Shown: positions 1 to 9,681, counted from the first letter of the stretch. The stretch is 32,000 bases of DNA from Marinomonas mediterranea MMB-1 (GCF_000192865.1 NC_015276.1:1994364-2026363); one strand, 5' to 3'. The notes: generated by a model not told the origin, from the letters alone. Program-made: numbers and translations.

Positions 1-767
1 CAGCGCCAGAAGACCCGTGGGAAGGTTATAACCGGACGATGTCGAGTTTTAACGATACGCTTGATAAGTACGCCTTGAAGCCTTTGGCTGAAGGGTACGA
101 TTACGTTACCCCAAGCCCAGTTCAACGAGGTGTCGGCAACTTTTTTAACAACCTAGGTGAAGTTGGCAATATCACGAACAACCTTCTGCAAGGAAAATGG
201 GATGAAACGGCGGCGTCAACGTTTCGTTTCCTGATCAACAGCACGGCAGGCTTTTTAGGGATTTTTGACGTCGCCAGTGAAATGGGACTAAAGCGTGAAC
301 CCGAAGATTTTGGTCAGACATTAGGGTATTGGGGCGTTGGATCAGGGCCTTACCTTGTTTTGCCTTTTTTAGGGCCATCGACGGTAAGAGATGCGACAGG
401 TACAGCGGTCGATTATTTCAACTATGATCCAATTGAGCTTTTAGACCCGACGACGAACGAATATTGGTCAGCAAAGGCGCTTGAAATCGTTCAAATTCGA
501 TCAAAACTGTTGTCGTCCGAGCGTTTGATTTTCGGAGACCGATACAGCTTTATTCGGGATGTTTACCTACAGTCCAGAAACGCCGCTATTTACGACGGCG
601 AAGTCGGCGGTCAACCTGCAAAAGTTAGTAATGAGGAAGAGGGAAGTTGGGACGAAGAGTCTGATGACAGTTGGGGAGAGGACGATAGCTGGGGTGACGA
701 TGACAGTTGGGGAGATGAAAGTAGCTGGGGCGACGAGGAGTTTGGTGACGAAGAGGCTGTAAATTAA
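1..767 (+). CDS. mlaA: MlaA/VacJ family outer-membrane lipoprotein, 5' end off-window; unusual acidic SWG-repeat C-terminal tail
   Basis: The frame is open from the window edge (..APEDPWEGYNRTMSSFND..), so the ATG at 39 is internal. It has the MlaA-like core (PWEGYNR, FNDTLDKYALKPLAEGY, GNFFNNLGE, GPYLVLPFLGPSTVRD). The C-terminus reads SWDEESDDSWGEDDSWGDDDSWGDESSWGDEE. Confidence 0.85.
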   Translation, partial: APEDPWEGYNRTMSSFNDTLDKYALKPLAEGYDYVTPSPVQRGVGNFFNNLGEVGNITNNLLQGKWDETAASTFRFLINSTAGFLGIFDVASEMGLKREPEDFGQTLGYWGVGSGPYLVLPFLGPSTVRDATGTAVDYFNYDPIELLDPTTNEYWSAKALEIVQIRSKLLSSERLIFGDRYSFIRDVYLQSRNAAIYDGEVGGQPAKVSNEEEGSWDEESDDSWGEDDSWGDDDSWGDESSWGDEEFGDEEAVN

Positions 768-1091
768 GCTCAAATTTAAGTAAGTCAGCATAGTCGTGTG
801 CAGTAGAGAAACAAAATTCAACAAACTATTGCTTTCGAAATTATCATTGAGCAGTAATATTACACTCATAATAGGCCGCGTGATGCCAGTTGTTAGAAAT
901 CAAGAGCATATCAATTGGATCATTGAGTATTGAGTTGATTTCTTTGGATAGAGATGGCCGATCAAATAAAGCGTAGATCTTAATATCTATGAGCGGCGTT
1001 AGTCATGAATAAGAGTTTGGGTGCGCGACACGAAGGCACGTCAAACCATATATATAAATCATATATATAAAACGAATGTGATCAGGAACTT

Positions 1092-3392
1092 ATGACCCTA
1101 ACTAAACGCCTAATTATGCTTGTATTGCCAGTTCTCATTGTAGGCTTTGGCGGGGCAACCTGGGGTGTATTTTCCGCTCAAAAAAGCTCGCTTATCGAAC
1201 TGGAAATGTCGAAGTTAAACTTTAATTTGCTTAACCTTCGATACTCCATGGAAGAAGAAATCTATTTCGCGACCGGCATTATGAGTATGCTAACGGAAAA
1301 ACGTGAAATACGTATGCCATCGCAGGCACAAGTGAACTCGCAAGCGTCATTGACCGATTTGGTTGATCGATACACAAATGATGTCGCATATCGTTTGGCA
1401 GGTGATATCGCTGTTTATATTTTGAATGAAGAGGGCATGCCTCTTTATACCTATGAACGAAAATCTGAAAATAACGATCGCGTAGATTGGCTTATTGATA
1501 AGCTCAGCAGAAACAGCAATGCCATTGCAGATTTAGATAACTTCGAGGTGTTTAAAAGCCCTGAAGACCATCATGTTATTCTTCATTCACACTCACTCAA
1601 TGGCTCATCGACTCACTCTGGCGTGTTATCACGATTTAACGACGCGCGTTATATTTTTGTGACCATTAGTTCCCCAGAATTTGACAGTGCGTTAAGAAAC
1701 ATCAATCAAAAATACGGTGTCCAAGCAAAGGTTGTCAAAAGCAGTACGGTTGAGCCCTTAACGGTCTCGATGCCTATGTTGGCGGGCGGCTATGTCAATA
1801 TTTCACTCACTGACCGCTATGTTGATCAGCAACTTAAGACCTTTTTGTACTGGTATCTCGGTGCAGGAACAATATTAGGTTTACTGACCTTTTGCGTGTT
1901 ACTTTTCCTTATTAAGCGCTACATCATTCAACCGATAGGGACGCTCGATAGACAGCTTTCTCTTGTCATGTCTAACAGACAAGAGAATATCCTACAGCCT
2001 ACTGGGCAAGATGAAGTCAGCCGTGTTGGCGTAAAATTTCATCAGCTGTATGAGCAACTTAATCAAAACCTTCAAGCTTCTCGCGATATGGCGGTAACCG
2101 ATGCATTAACAATGTTGCCCAACCGTCTGCGATTCCATGAATTCGCCAAAAAAGCACTCACAAGAAGTAAATCGAAAGAGACGTTTTTGTCGCTCATCTA
2201 CATTGACCTCGATAACTTCAAATTTGTTAACGATCGATTTGGTCATGAAGCGGGTGACGAACTGCTAGTCGAAGCATCCACCTCCTTCTTCGAATTGATA
2301 AAGCAGGGTGGCAGGCGACGATACGGGTCAATGGTATCGAGACTTTCAGGTGATGAATTTGCCATCGTATTGTCTCATAACGAGCTGAAAGAGCGTGAGG
2401 AGCTGGGTGAGCGTATCGTGTCTCTTTTTGAAGGCGGGTTTCAGACGAACCGCTATCGCATGCCTGTTTCAGCCAGTGTGGGGATCGCGACCTACCCTCA
2501 AGATGGAAATGAGTTGCGAGGCTTGATTGCCAACGCCGATATGGCCATGTATCACGCCAAACGCTCAGGAAAAAATCGATTTGACGTCTATTCCGAAGAT
2601 ATTGCTCAAGAAGCGCGCAGAACAAAAGCGATCGAAGACGCTTTGAAATTTGTAGATTGCGATAAAGAGTTCTCATTGGTTTACATGCCGTATACCAATA
2701 GAGATGGCAAAGTAGTGGGCGTTGAAGTGCTACTGCGCTGGTTTTCACCTTCTCTTGGGGTGATTCAACCTGATGAGTTCGTCCCCATTGCTGAGCAAAC
2801 GGGCAGTTTTTCTAAAATCGATGGTTGGGTATTCGAGAAGGCGTTCGAACAGATTTCTGCGCTTCAAGGTTTGCTTAATGATGACATCATCGTTTCCGTT
2901 AATCTTTCTGCGGCCGAGTTGGGAAGACCTTCTCTAGTCGAGCGTCTTGTGGAGCTGCAAAAGCAGTTTAACTTACCGGCTGGTGTGATCGAGCTGGAAA
3001 TTACCGAAACGTTTGGTTACTTCGAGGTAGAGCAAGTGCTTGAAGTGCTGGTGGATCTTCGCTCATTAGGGTTCGGTATCACGATTGATGACTTTGGAAT
3101 TGGCTATACACCACTGCTACAAATGATCGACTACCCAGTGGATAAAGTGAAACTGGATAAAGCGTTGGTGAACCGTATTACCCACGCCGACTATAAGATG
3201 CTATTGGAGCCAACGATTCAATTATGTCATCTACAAAACATTAGTGTGACGGCAGAAGGCGTAGAAAACGATGTGCAGCATCAATACCTCCATCGATTTG
3301 GTTGTGACTACTTCCAAGGGTACTGGCTAGCTGTGCCAATGACATTAGAAGATCTCGGAAACTGGTACAAAGAATATACAAATGGCGAATAA
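1092..3392 (+). CDS. Membrane-anchored GGDEF/EAL domain protein (c-di-GMP signalling)
   Basis: N-terminal TM helix, a periplasmic-like region, then a second TM. GGDEF domain has an SGDEF variant motif (RLSGDEFAIV). EAL-domain motifs are present: EVLLRW, ELEITE, DDFGIGYT, KLDK, EGVE, QGY. Confidence 0.9.
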   Translation: MTLTKRLIMLVLPVLIVGFGGATWGVFSAQKSSLIELEMSKLNFNLLNLRYSMEEEIYFATGIMSMLTEKREIRMPSQAQVNSQASLTDLVDRYTNDVAYRLAGDIAVYILNEEGMPLYTYERKSENNDRVDWLIDKLSRNSNAIADLDNFEVFKSPEDHHVILHSHSLNGSSTHSGVLSRFNDARYIFVTISSPEFDSALRNINQKYGVQAKVVKSSTVEPLTVSMPMLAGGYVNISLTDRYVDQQLKTFLYWYLGAGTILGLLTFCVLLFLIKRYIIQPIGTLDRQLSLVMSNRQENILQPTGQDEVSRVGVKFHQLYEQLNQNLQASRDMAVTDALTMLPNRLRFHEFAKKALTRSKSKETFLSLIYIDLDNFKFVNDRFGHEAGDELLVEASTSFFELIKQGGRRRYGSMVSRLSGDEFAIVLSHNELKEREELGERIVSLFEGGFQTNRYRMPVSASVGIATYPQDGNELRGLIANADMAMYHAKRSGKNRFDVYSEDIAQEARRTKAIEDALKFVDCDKEFSLVYMPYTNRDGKVVGVEVLLRWFSPSLGVIQPDEFVPIAEQTGSFSKIDGWVFEKAFEQISALQGLLNDDIIVSVNLSAAELGRPSLVERLVELQKQFNLPAGVIELEITETFGYFEVEQVLEVLVDLRSLGFGITIDDFGIGYTPLLQMIDYPVDKVKLDKALVNRITHADYKMLLEPTIQLCHLQNISVTAEGVENDVQHQYLHRFGCDYFQGYWLAVPMTLEDLGNWYKEYTNGE

Positions 3393-3477
3393 AGCACTTA
3401 TATAAAGCACTTATATAAAGTATGTGTATTTTATTCGCCCCATTTCATTTATTGAACTCGAATAGTCTAAAGTCAGA

Positions 3478-4692
3478 CTAAGGGGTGAGTCGCAATACCT
3501 TTCCAGAGTCCGTAGTGACGATCAAAGACGAATCCGGCGCTTGAGTAATACTGCGAAAGCGCTCGTCGAGATTACGCAAATAGCGTTGTTCCTGTTGTGC
3601 TTCATCATCGTTTTCATTCAGACGTAATCTGTTTATATGGCGAAGAGCGAGGGCCGTCGAGATAATGTCGTCATTCCAATCTGAAAAAAGACGACCGTGA
3701 TAAATTAAAAGATCGCTGGGCGCGATGGATGGAATAAATACCTTTTTGGCATCTTCCATTCCTTTCTTCTGAGTGCCTTCGCCAACCGCACTAAACGACC
3801 AGTATTCTTTACCGTAAGATACAACGGGCCAACCGTAATTTTCCCCTTTTAGAATCTTATTGATTTCGTCACCGCCTCTTGGCCCATGTTCATTTGACCA
3901 AAGTGTTTGAGTACGCTTATCGAAAAATAACCCTTGTGGGTTTCTATGGCCGTAACTCCAAATTTCGGCACGTGCATTTAGATCATTATAAAACGGGTTG
4001 TCTTTAGGAACGCTGCCATCTAAGTTCAGCCTGATGATACTACCAGCGTGATTTGATCGGTCTTGAGCGCTGTCTCGGGCGCCTCTGTCACCAATTGAAA
4101 TATAAAGGTGTTTGTTATCATCGAAAGCAATGCGTGAGCCAAAGTGTACCGTAGCGTCTGAATGGGTATCTGCGATAAACAACGTTTCCCATTCAACCAA
4201 GCGGTCTTTATCTAGCTTTGCGCGCCCAAGCGCCGTTGTGAGACTGTTCGATGCTGTTGCGGAGTAGGTGAAGTAAATCCAAAAGGGTGGCGCTTCTTTG
4301 GTTTGATGGTCTGGAGCAGTAGTATCTAGAACGGCAACATCGAGTAGTCCGCCTTGACCGACATTCACCACACCCGGTAGGCCTTCAATATAATGAATCT
4401 TTCCTGTTTCTAGATTGATGGTAGCGAGTTTTCCGCTCTTCAGAGTGACGAGGAGGGTGTCACTATCGAGAAAATCAGCTCCCCAAGGAATGTCGTTAAA
4501 TCGAGCGAGTTCGGTTACTGTGATTGACTGGTTTGGTGAAAACGGATTTTGCTGAGGAGCGCTGGCTGAGCAAGCAGAGAATAAAAAACAAAGTGGCAGC
4601 AGTGTCGTTTTCAAAACCATACGACGAGCGACGTTACGGTACTCGAATTTCGATAAAATGTTTGATCGGTTTTTAACAGTGAAAAAAGTCAT
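3478..4692 (-). CDS. PQQ-dependent sugar dehydrogenase (soluble aldose/sorbosone dehydrogenase, YliI-like), probable lipoprotein
   Basis: Motifs HGPRGGDEIN, GENYGWP, GHRNPQGL and DRGARD fit this beta-propeller family. An internal Met at 4620 followed by LLPLCFLFSAC looks like a lipobox signal, so the true start may be 4620. Confidence 0.85.
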   Translation of the reverse strand: MTFFTVKNRSNILSKFEYRNVARRMVLKTTLLPLCFLFSACSASAPQQNPFSPNQSITVTELARFNDIPWGADFLDSDTLLVTLKSGKLATINLETGKIHYIEGLPGVVNVGQGGLLDVAVLDTTAPDHQTKEAPPFWIYFTYSATASNSLTTALGRAKLDKDRLVEWETLFIADTHSDATVHFGSRIAFDDNKHLYISIGDRGARDSAQDRSNHAGSIIRLNLDGSVPKDNPFYNDLNARAEIWSYGHRNPQGLFFDKRTQTLWSNEHGPRGGDEINKILKGENYGWPVVSYGKEYWSFSAVGEGTQKKGMEDAKKVFIPSIAPSDLLIYHGRLFSDWNDDIISTALALRHINRLRLNENDDEAQQEQRYLRNLDERFRSITQAPDSSLIVTTDSGKVLRLTP

Positions 4693-4804
4693 CGAGTCCT
4701 GCCTTATCGTTTGGCTACTTTAAGGTATGTACAGTTTTACTATAGTAGATGCCTTTTTAAGTTGTTGCTATTTCCTTCATATTTGATGTTCGGCTTAAAC
4801 AAAA

Positions 4805-4834
4805 AGAGCAGATGCCTAGATGGGCATCTGCTCT
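4805..4834. terminator. Bidirectional rho-independent terminator downstream of talB
   Basis: Stem of 12 bp, AGAGCAGATGCC / GGCATCTGCTCT, flanked by an A-run on one side and a T-run on the other. Confidence 0.6.
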
Positions 4835-4875
4835 TTTTTCTTTCTTTTTTTATTTCTTAGTGAGTCAAGAAAGTT

Positions 4876-5826
4876 TTACAATTTAGCAGTAAGTAGGTCT
4901 TCCAGCTTACGTTGGTCAACAGCGAAGTTACGAATGCCTTCCGCTAGCTTTTCCGTAGCCATTGCGTCTTCGTTCATTTCCCAGCGGAAAGCGGATTCAG
5001 TAATAGATTCGCCAGCCGGTGTTGTCGAAGACACTGGCGTCAATTTGCGCTCCAATGTGCCCTCGTCATTTTTAAGTTCTTCTAGAAGTGCAGGGCTAAT
5101 GGTTAGACGGTCACAGCCGGCCAGTTGCTCAATCTCGCCGATGTTACGGAAGCTCGCACCCATTACAATGGTTTTGTAACCGTGTTGCTTGTAGTAGTCG
5201 TAGATTTTCGTGACGGAGACAACGCCTGGGTCTGTTTCAGCTGTGTATGCTTCGCCTGTCGATTTTTTGTACCAATCTAAAATTCGACCTACAAAAGGCG
5301 AGATCAAAGTAACATTGGCTTCAGCACACGCTTGCGCTTGAGCAAAAGAGAACAACAAAGTAAGGTTGCAGTTAATGCCTTCTTTTTCCAGCTCTTCTGC
5401 TGCTTTAATCCCTTCCCAAGTGGAAGCGGCTTTAATCAAAATGCGGTCACGTGTAATGCCGGCTTCTTCGTACAGCGCAATTAAGCGACGTGCTTTTTCG
5501 ATTGTTGCCTCTTTGTCGTAAGACAAACGAGCATCAACCTCGGTAGAAACGCGGCCAGGCACGTATTTTAGAATTTCGCAGCCGATAATAACGGCTAACT
5601 TGTCTCCTGCGTCGATCAATTGTTGCGCTGCATCATCGCTTTGTTCTTTCGCCCAGCTAATCGCTTGATCAATAAAAGGAGCATACTCAGGAATAAGCGA
5701 TGCTTTGAGCATCAAAGAAGGGTTGGTTGTCGCGTCTTCAGGCAAAAACTCTTTAATAGCGGTAATGTCGCCAGTATCAGCAACAATGGTCGTGAATTCT
5801 TTTAGTTGGGATAACTTATTGCTCAT
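4876..5826 (-). CDS. talB: Transaldolase B
   Basis: [27 protein letters not shown].. is collinear with E. coli TalB. The ATG at 5826 has an AAGGA SD upstream. The 19 extra codons in the ORF track (to 5883) are judged spurious. Confidence 0.95.
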   Translation of the reverse strand: MSNKLSQLKEFTTIVADTGDITAIKEFLPEDATTNPSLMLKASLIPEYAPFIDQAISWAKEQSDDAAQQLIDAGDKLAVIIGCEILKYVPGRVSTEVDARLSYDKEATIEKARRLIALYEEAGITRDRILIKAASTWEGIKAAEELEKEGINCNLTLLFSFAQAQACAEANVTLISPFVGRILDWYKKSTGEAYTAETDPGVVSVTKIYDYYKQHGYKTIVMGASFRNIGEIEQLAGCDRLTISPALLEELKNDEGTLERKLTPVSSTTPAGESITESAFRWEMNEDAMATEKLAEGIRNFAVDQRKLEDLLTAKL

Positions 5827-5839
5827 TGCTTTATCCTTT

Positions 5840-6886
5840 TTATATGCATGTGTGTTTCGTTGTTTGTTTGCGAACAATTTCAATTGCTTCTAATAATATA
5901 TCGATTTTCGCGTCGGTTTTGTGACCGTTTTCGGAAAGGTAGCGTCTAAACTGCTTTCCACCGGGCAATCCGTGAAAAATGCCCAGAATATGGCGTGTCA
6001 TGTGCATCAACCGTTCGCCTTTAGCCAGTTGCTCCTCAACATAGGGAACAAATCTTTCCAAGGCTTCAAAGCGGTTATTTACACAAGCAGACGCACCATA
6101 CACTTTTGTATCAATGTCGCTTAGAATCCATGGGTTGTTATAGGCTTCTCGGCCCATCATAACACCATCTACATGATCCAAGTGAGAAATAGTCTCATCT
6201 ATTGTCTTAATGCCGCCATTAATAATGATTTCAAGGTCAGGAAAATCTTTCTTTAGCTGATAAACATAATCGTATTTAAGCGGCGGAATTTCGCGATTTT
6301 CTTTTGGACTCAACCCCTGCAAAATGGCGTTTCGTGCGTGCACGATAAAAGTCTGAATGCCCGTATCAGCGACGGTCCCCACGAAGTCTCTTAAAATACT
6401 GTATTCTTGCTGATCGTCTAACCCAATTCGGTGTTTAATAGTAACTGGAATAGACGTCGCGTCTTGCATTGCTTTTAGTATATCGGCGACCTTATCAGGG
6501 TAGGCCATCAAACAGGCTCCAATAAGACTGTTTTGAACGCGGTCACTCGGACAACCAACGTTGAGGTTCACCTCATCATAGTGAAACGTCTCCGCTATTT
6601 TAGCGCACGTCGCCAATGCCACCGCATCAGAACCGCCTAACTGCAATGCGATAGGGTGCTCACAATCGTCATACTTTAAAAAACGCTCAGGGTTGTCGCC
6701 CTGTAAAATCGCGCCCGTTGTTACCATCTCAGTGTAAAGCAGAGTATGTTTCGTCAGAGTACGTGCAAAGACTCTGTAATCGCGGGTTGTCCAGTCGAGC
6801 ATGGGCGCAACGCTAAAGCGTCTGTCTATTGTATCCCTTGATTTATAAGGGTTTGAGCTTGTTTTTTCGCTGTTTTCTTGTAGCAT
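5840..6886 (-). CDS. dusA: tRNA-dihydrouridine(20/20a) synthase DusA; its 5' end abuts the prophage integrase
   Basis: [51 protein letters not shown] and MGREAY are collinear with E. coli DusA. Confidence 0.93.
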   Translation of the reverse strand: MLQENSEKTSSNPYKSRDTIDRRFSVAPMLDWTTRDYRVFARTLTKHTLLYTEMVTTGAILQGDNPERFLKYDDCEHPIALQLGGSDAVALATCAKIAETFHYDEVNLNVGCPSDRVQNSLIGACLMAYPDKVADILKAMQDATSIPVTIKHRIGLDDQQEYSILRDFVGTVADTGIQTFIVHARNAILQGLSPKENREIPPLKYDYVYQLKKDFPDLEIIINGGIKTIDETISHLDHVDGVMMGREAYNNPWILSDIDTKVYGASACVNNRFEALERFVPYVEEQLAKGERLMHMTRHILGIFHGLPGGKQFRRYLSENGHKTDAKIDILLEAIEIVRKQTTKHTCI

Positions 6887-6940
6887 ATTTAAGTCTGTTA
6901 TTGGGTGTTTTTTGGCGTTCTAGGTAGTATGTTGCTACTC

Positions 6941-6968
6941 ATTTACTACAAAAATCTTTGTAGTAAAT
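6941..6968. promoter_or_regulatory. Perfect 12-bp inverted repeat between the dusA start and int
   Basis: ATTTACTACAAA-aatc-TTTGTAGTAAAT lies in the dusA/int intergenic region. It could be an operator, a recombinase or accessory-factor site, or a hairpin. Function is unknown. Confidence 0.3.
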
Positions 6969-7078
6969 TGCTTGTTGAGAAGCCTATGTATTGGTGTGTA
7001 ATTTTTTTACACCAGCAACGCATAACACCAGATTTTGTCGCTCTATTATGTCACATACTTACAAGGATGCTAACCAGC

Positions 7079-8221
7079 ATGGCTACATTTAAAACTAGGA
7101 AAAAAAAGGATGGGACAGTTGTTCACTCTGCTCAGATTCGAATAATGAAAGCTGGAGTGCAAGCTTTTAGTGAGGCTAAAAGCTTTGAAGGGCGTGGTGC
7201 TGAAAAAAATGCTCGATTGTGGGCAGCAAATAGAGAAGCCGAAGTTAAAAAACTGTTGGCAAATGGAAAGTCATTGTCTGATTTATCGATTGCGCAGGCT
7301 ATGGCAAGGTATCTAAAAGAGCATGAAAACGTACCGAAACCTTTAGGTAAGACAAAGCGTGGAACAATGAGGCTAATGAGTGAAGAGCCCATATTATCTA
7401 CGATTGCTTTAGCAGAAATAACAGCGTCTGATATTTTGAATTATTTACGAAAACGTCATGACGAGGACAACGCTAAACCTGCAACAGTACTTCAAGATTT
7501 AGCGTACATTCGAGTGTTAGCCAAATATGCAAGAGTTGCCTGGTCAATACCGGTTAACCTACAAGAGATAGAGGACGCATCAGGCGTTGCTTCTCAGCTT
7601 GGCATCGTCGATCGTTCAACATGCCGAGACCGACGACCGACTTATGACGAACTGCAAAAAATCTGTTCATACAAGCACAGGGAAAAAAATGGCAAAGGTC
7701 GCATGTCTGAATTTAAAACACCTCTCGACGACATCGTACTATTTGCCGTGTTTTCAGCGCGTCGTTTAGGAGAGATCGTTCGATTGGAATGGAATGACCT
7801 TGATGCACTGAAGGGAACCATTCTCGTCAAAGACATGAAGCATCCTCGTAAAAAAATAGGGAACAATATGACATTGTTTCTTCCGCGCCGCGCAATTAAA
7901 TTGATCGAAAAACAGCCTAAAGTAGAAGGTGAGTCTCGGATATTTCCGTATGCTGAAAGTACAATAGGTGCCGCATTTCAAAGAGCGTGTCGCTGGGCTG
8001 ATATAGAAGATTTAACGTTTCACGATCTACGGCACGAAGGGGTGAGTCATCTATTTGAGCTACAACTCAGTGTGCCAGAGGTAAGCATGGTTTCAGGGCA
8101 TCGAAGCTGGTCAAATCTTGCTCGATATACGCATTTAACCCAAGCAGGTTATTACGACAAATATTCAGTATTGGGTAAAGAGCTTGGTGAGGCTGGGCTT
8201 ATTGGCCAGCCATCACCGTAG
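7079..8221 (+). CDS. int: Tyrosine recombinase / phage integrase, probably dusA-specific integrase (DAI) type
   Basis: N-terminus MATFKTRKKKDGTVVHSAQIRI. Catalytic signature: RRLGEI.., HDLRHEG.., SGHRSW..LARYTH. It sits next to, and divergent from, the dusA 5' end. The upstream 58 codons of the track ORF look non-coding. Confidence 0.85.
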   Translation: MATFKTRKKKDGTVVHSAQIRIMKAGVQAFSEAKSFEGRGAEKNARLWAANREAEVKKLLANGKSLSDLSIAQAMARYLKEHENVPKPLGKTKRGTMRLMSEEPILSTIALAEITASDILNYLRKRHDEDNAKPATVLQDLAYIRVLAKYARVAWSIPVNLQEIEDASGVASQLGIVDRSTCRDRRPTYDELQKICSYKHREKNGKGRMSEFKTPLDDIVLFAVFSARRLGEIVRLEWNDLDALKGTILVKDMKHPRKKIGNNMTLFLPRRAIKLIEKQPKVEGESRIFPYAESTIGAAFQRACRWADIEDLTFHDLRHEGVSHLFELQLSVPEVSMVSGHRSWSNLARYTHLTQAGYYDKYSVLGKELGEAGLIGQPSP

Positions 8222-8558
8222 CTTTTTCTCGTCTGCCTCGTCTATTAGAAATAACAGGCGGGGGATTTTTAGACGCTCTCTCGATAATCGGCGCTTTACC
8301 AGAGAGCAAATAACTGCTCTCCATCGCTTTTTTGCGCGCTGCATCGATGCAAACAGCCAGATCTTCCAAATGAACCATATACGGGCTCTTTTGTGAATCC
8401 GCCATACGAAATGCAGGAATAGACAATGTTGCTGCATTAGCAGCTTTGTTGGCTTCTGCTAGGGTTGTGTAGTTTGTGTAATGCAAGGCCTCAGCAAGCG
8501 GGACTGCCGTTCGCCCCTCAAACTCAGCCATTAGTAAAAATAACGTTTTAGAAGTCAT
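8199..8558 (-). CDS. PrtN-family (pyocin activator-like) protein, candidate excisionase/regulator
   Basis: FLLMAEFEGRTAVPL..IPAFRMADSQKSPYMVHLEDLAVCIDAARKKA resembles the PrtN family as I recall it. It overlaps the int 3' end convergently by 23 bp. Confidence 0.55.
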   Translation of the reverse strand: MTSKTLFLLMAEFEGRTAVPLAEALHYTNYTTLAEANKAANAATLSIPAFRMADSQKSPYMVHLEDLAVCIDAARKKAMESSYLLSGKAPIIERASKNPPPVISNRRGRREKATVMAGQ

Positions 8559-8778
8559 ATTTGTTCCTGTTCTGTCCTTTTATTATTTCTGTTAACAGCA
8601 GCTTGAATTCATCAAACCCTTGCGCGGCGCCATATTTTTGTTCATCAATGGCAATGCCCATCAAATACAAAACATCCTGAAAGATGAGCTCCGGTGAATA
8701 GCATTGCTTTTCCGGCGTTTCGTCTTCAAGGTACTTGAGTAGCAGGTTTCTATATCGTTGAATTTGTCGCTCGGTCAT
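8548..8778 (-). CDS. Hypothetical phage protein (76 aa)
   Basis: An ORF tightly packed in the minus-strand operon: 11-bp overlap with the downstream gene and a 2-bp gap from the upstream gene. No domain recognised. Confidence 0.45.
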   Translation of the reverse strand: MTERQIQRYRNLLLKYLEDETPEKQCYSPELIFQDVLYLMGIAIDEQKYGAAQGFDEFKLLLTEIIKGQNRNKYDF

Positions 8779-8780
8779 GA

Positions 8781-9212
8781 TTAATGACGCCTTTTTTGTG
8801 TTGGATTAAAGTCTTCCCACTTAGTTTCAAACTTACCGGGTTTCTTTGAGGATTCGCAGCGTACTCGTTGTCTAATCGTCATTCTCAAAGCCCCAAAGCG
8901 TTTAGCGAGACTAATAAACTCATAGCAACGCTCCGGTGCCCCATAAAGAGGAGAGACCTGTTTGGGTTTCATCGACTTCATGTTGACTTGTACAAGTTCC
9001 TGAAACGCTTCGACCCAAAGTGTCTGAGGAATCTCTCCAGTCTTTGCGACGGATTCTATGCAGCGGTCGGAAATAGTTAGCTTTTTCTGAGGATTCCATT
9101 TCCCAACCTTCTCAAGGCAAGTGCTCATGCCATCCTTCTCAATCTTTGATAGGCGCTTATGGGCAAGCTTTTTAGCATCTTCAACTGATGCTCCGAATAC
9201 AGCGAAACTCAT
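8781..9212 (-). CDS. Hypothetical phage protein (143 aa)
   Basis: An ORF in the same minus-strand operon downstream of the csrA-like gene. No domain recognised. Confidence 0.5.
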   Translation of the reverse strand: MSFAVFGASVEDAKKLAHKRLSKIEKDGMSTCLEKVGKWNPQKKLTISDRCIESVAKTGEIPQTLWVEAFQELVQVNMKSMKPKQVSPLYGAPERCYEFISLAKRFGALRMTIRQRVRCESSKKPGKFETKWEDFNPTQKRRH

Positions 9213-9231
9213 AACTAAGTCCCCCTTATTG

Positions 9232-9420
9232 CTACGCTACTTCCGCATCCAAGGCTTTTTGAGCTTGGATTCGCTTATAGATTTCTTCTCGATGGATTGT
9301 AGTTTCTTTGGGGGCTTCAACGCCTAGGCGCACGCTATTCCCCTTAACACTTAAGACAGTGACTTCGATGTCGTCACCGATGTTGATTACTTCGCCAAGT
9401 TTACGTGTGATTACAAGCAT
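9232..9420 (-). CDS. csrA: CsrA/RsmA-family RNA-binding translational regulator homolog, prophage-encoded
   Basis: [52 protein letters not shown] is collinear with CsrA (MLILTRRVGE..GVKGNQVRIGVNAPKEV.VHREEIY.RI). The ATG at 9420 is preceded by AAAGGA. The 22 upstream codons in the track are rejected. Confidence 0.85.
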   Translation of the reverse strand: MLVITRKLGEVINIGDDIEVTVLSVKGNSVRLGVEAPKETTIHREEIYKRIQAQKALDAEVA

Positions 9421-9681
9421 GATTCCTATCCTTTGGTTGTAAAGTGTTAGACAAATATACAACCAAATATTAGGTTTAGTCAACACTAAAAAGTTGTTAT
9501 GCAGATTTCTTATGTTGTTTGTGTAAATTTAAAAATTTCGTTTTTTATCTATTTAATGCTGAATGTATTGCCAAGACGCTTATAGTTAAGTTTTAATCTG
9601 TCTACAGTCATGGATTGGCTTTCTTTTCGACCTCCTTTCTTTGGCTATACTTTAAGAATTATCTATCTAGGTTTATCTACT

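Noticed and set aside
1040-1075. AT dinucleotide-rich direct repeat (CATATATATAAA x2) upstream of the GGDEF/EAL gene
   Set aside because: This is short low-complexity promoter-region sequence. I could not support any specific binding-site assignment.
2227-2748. 173-aa minus-strand ORF inside the GGDEF/EAL gene
   Set aside because: It is antisense to a gene with unambiguous domain motifs, and its composition is R/L/S/C-rich. It is a shadow ORF.
3384-3439. 10-bp inverted repeat GGCGAATAAA..TTTATTCGCC enclosing a 13-bp direct repeat (AAAGCACTTATAT x2) after the GGDEF/EAL gene
   Set aside because: It probably marks a loose bidirectional terminator region between convergent genes. The 36-nt loop and the lack of a clean U-tract make a confident terminator call unjustified, and no further significance is evident.
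4820-5179. 119-aa plus-strand ORF overlapping the talB 3' half and the terminator
   Set aside because: It is antisense to talB and begins inside the terminator hairpin. It is serine-rich and low-complexity.
5827-5883. Upstream extension of talB overlapping the dusA 3' end
   Set aside because: TalB homology starts at [11 protein letters not shown] (5826), which has an SD. The extension would overlap the dusA coding sequence.
6905-7078. N-terminal 58-codon extension of the integrase ORF in the track
   Set aside because: The extension starts from a non-ATG codon and translates to hydrophobic, low-complexity sequence (FFGVLGSMLLLIYYKNLCSK..) across the intergenic inverted repeat. An integrase-like N-terminus (MATFKTRKKKDG) begins at 7079.
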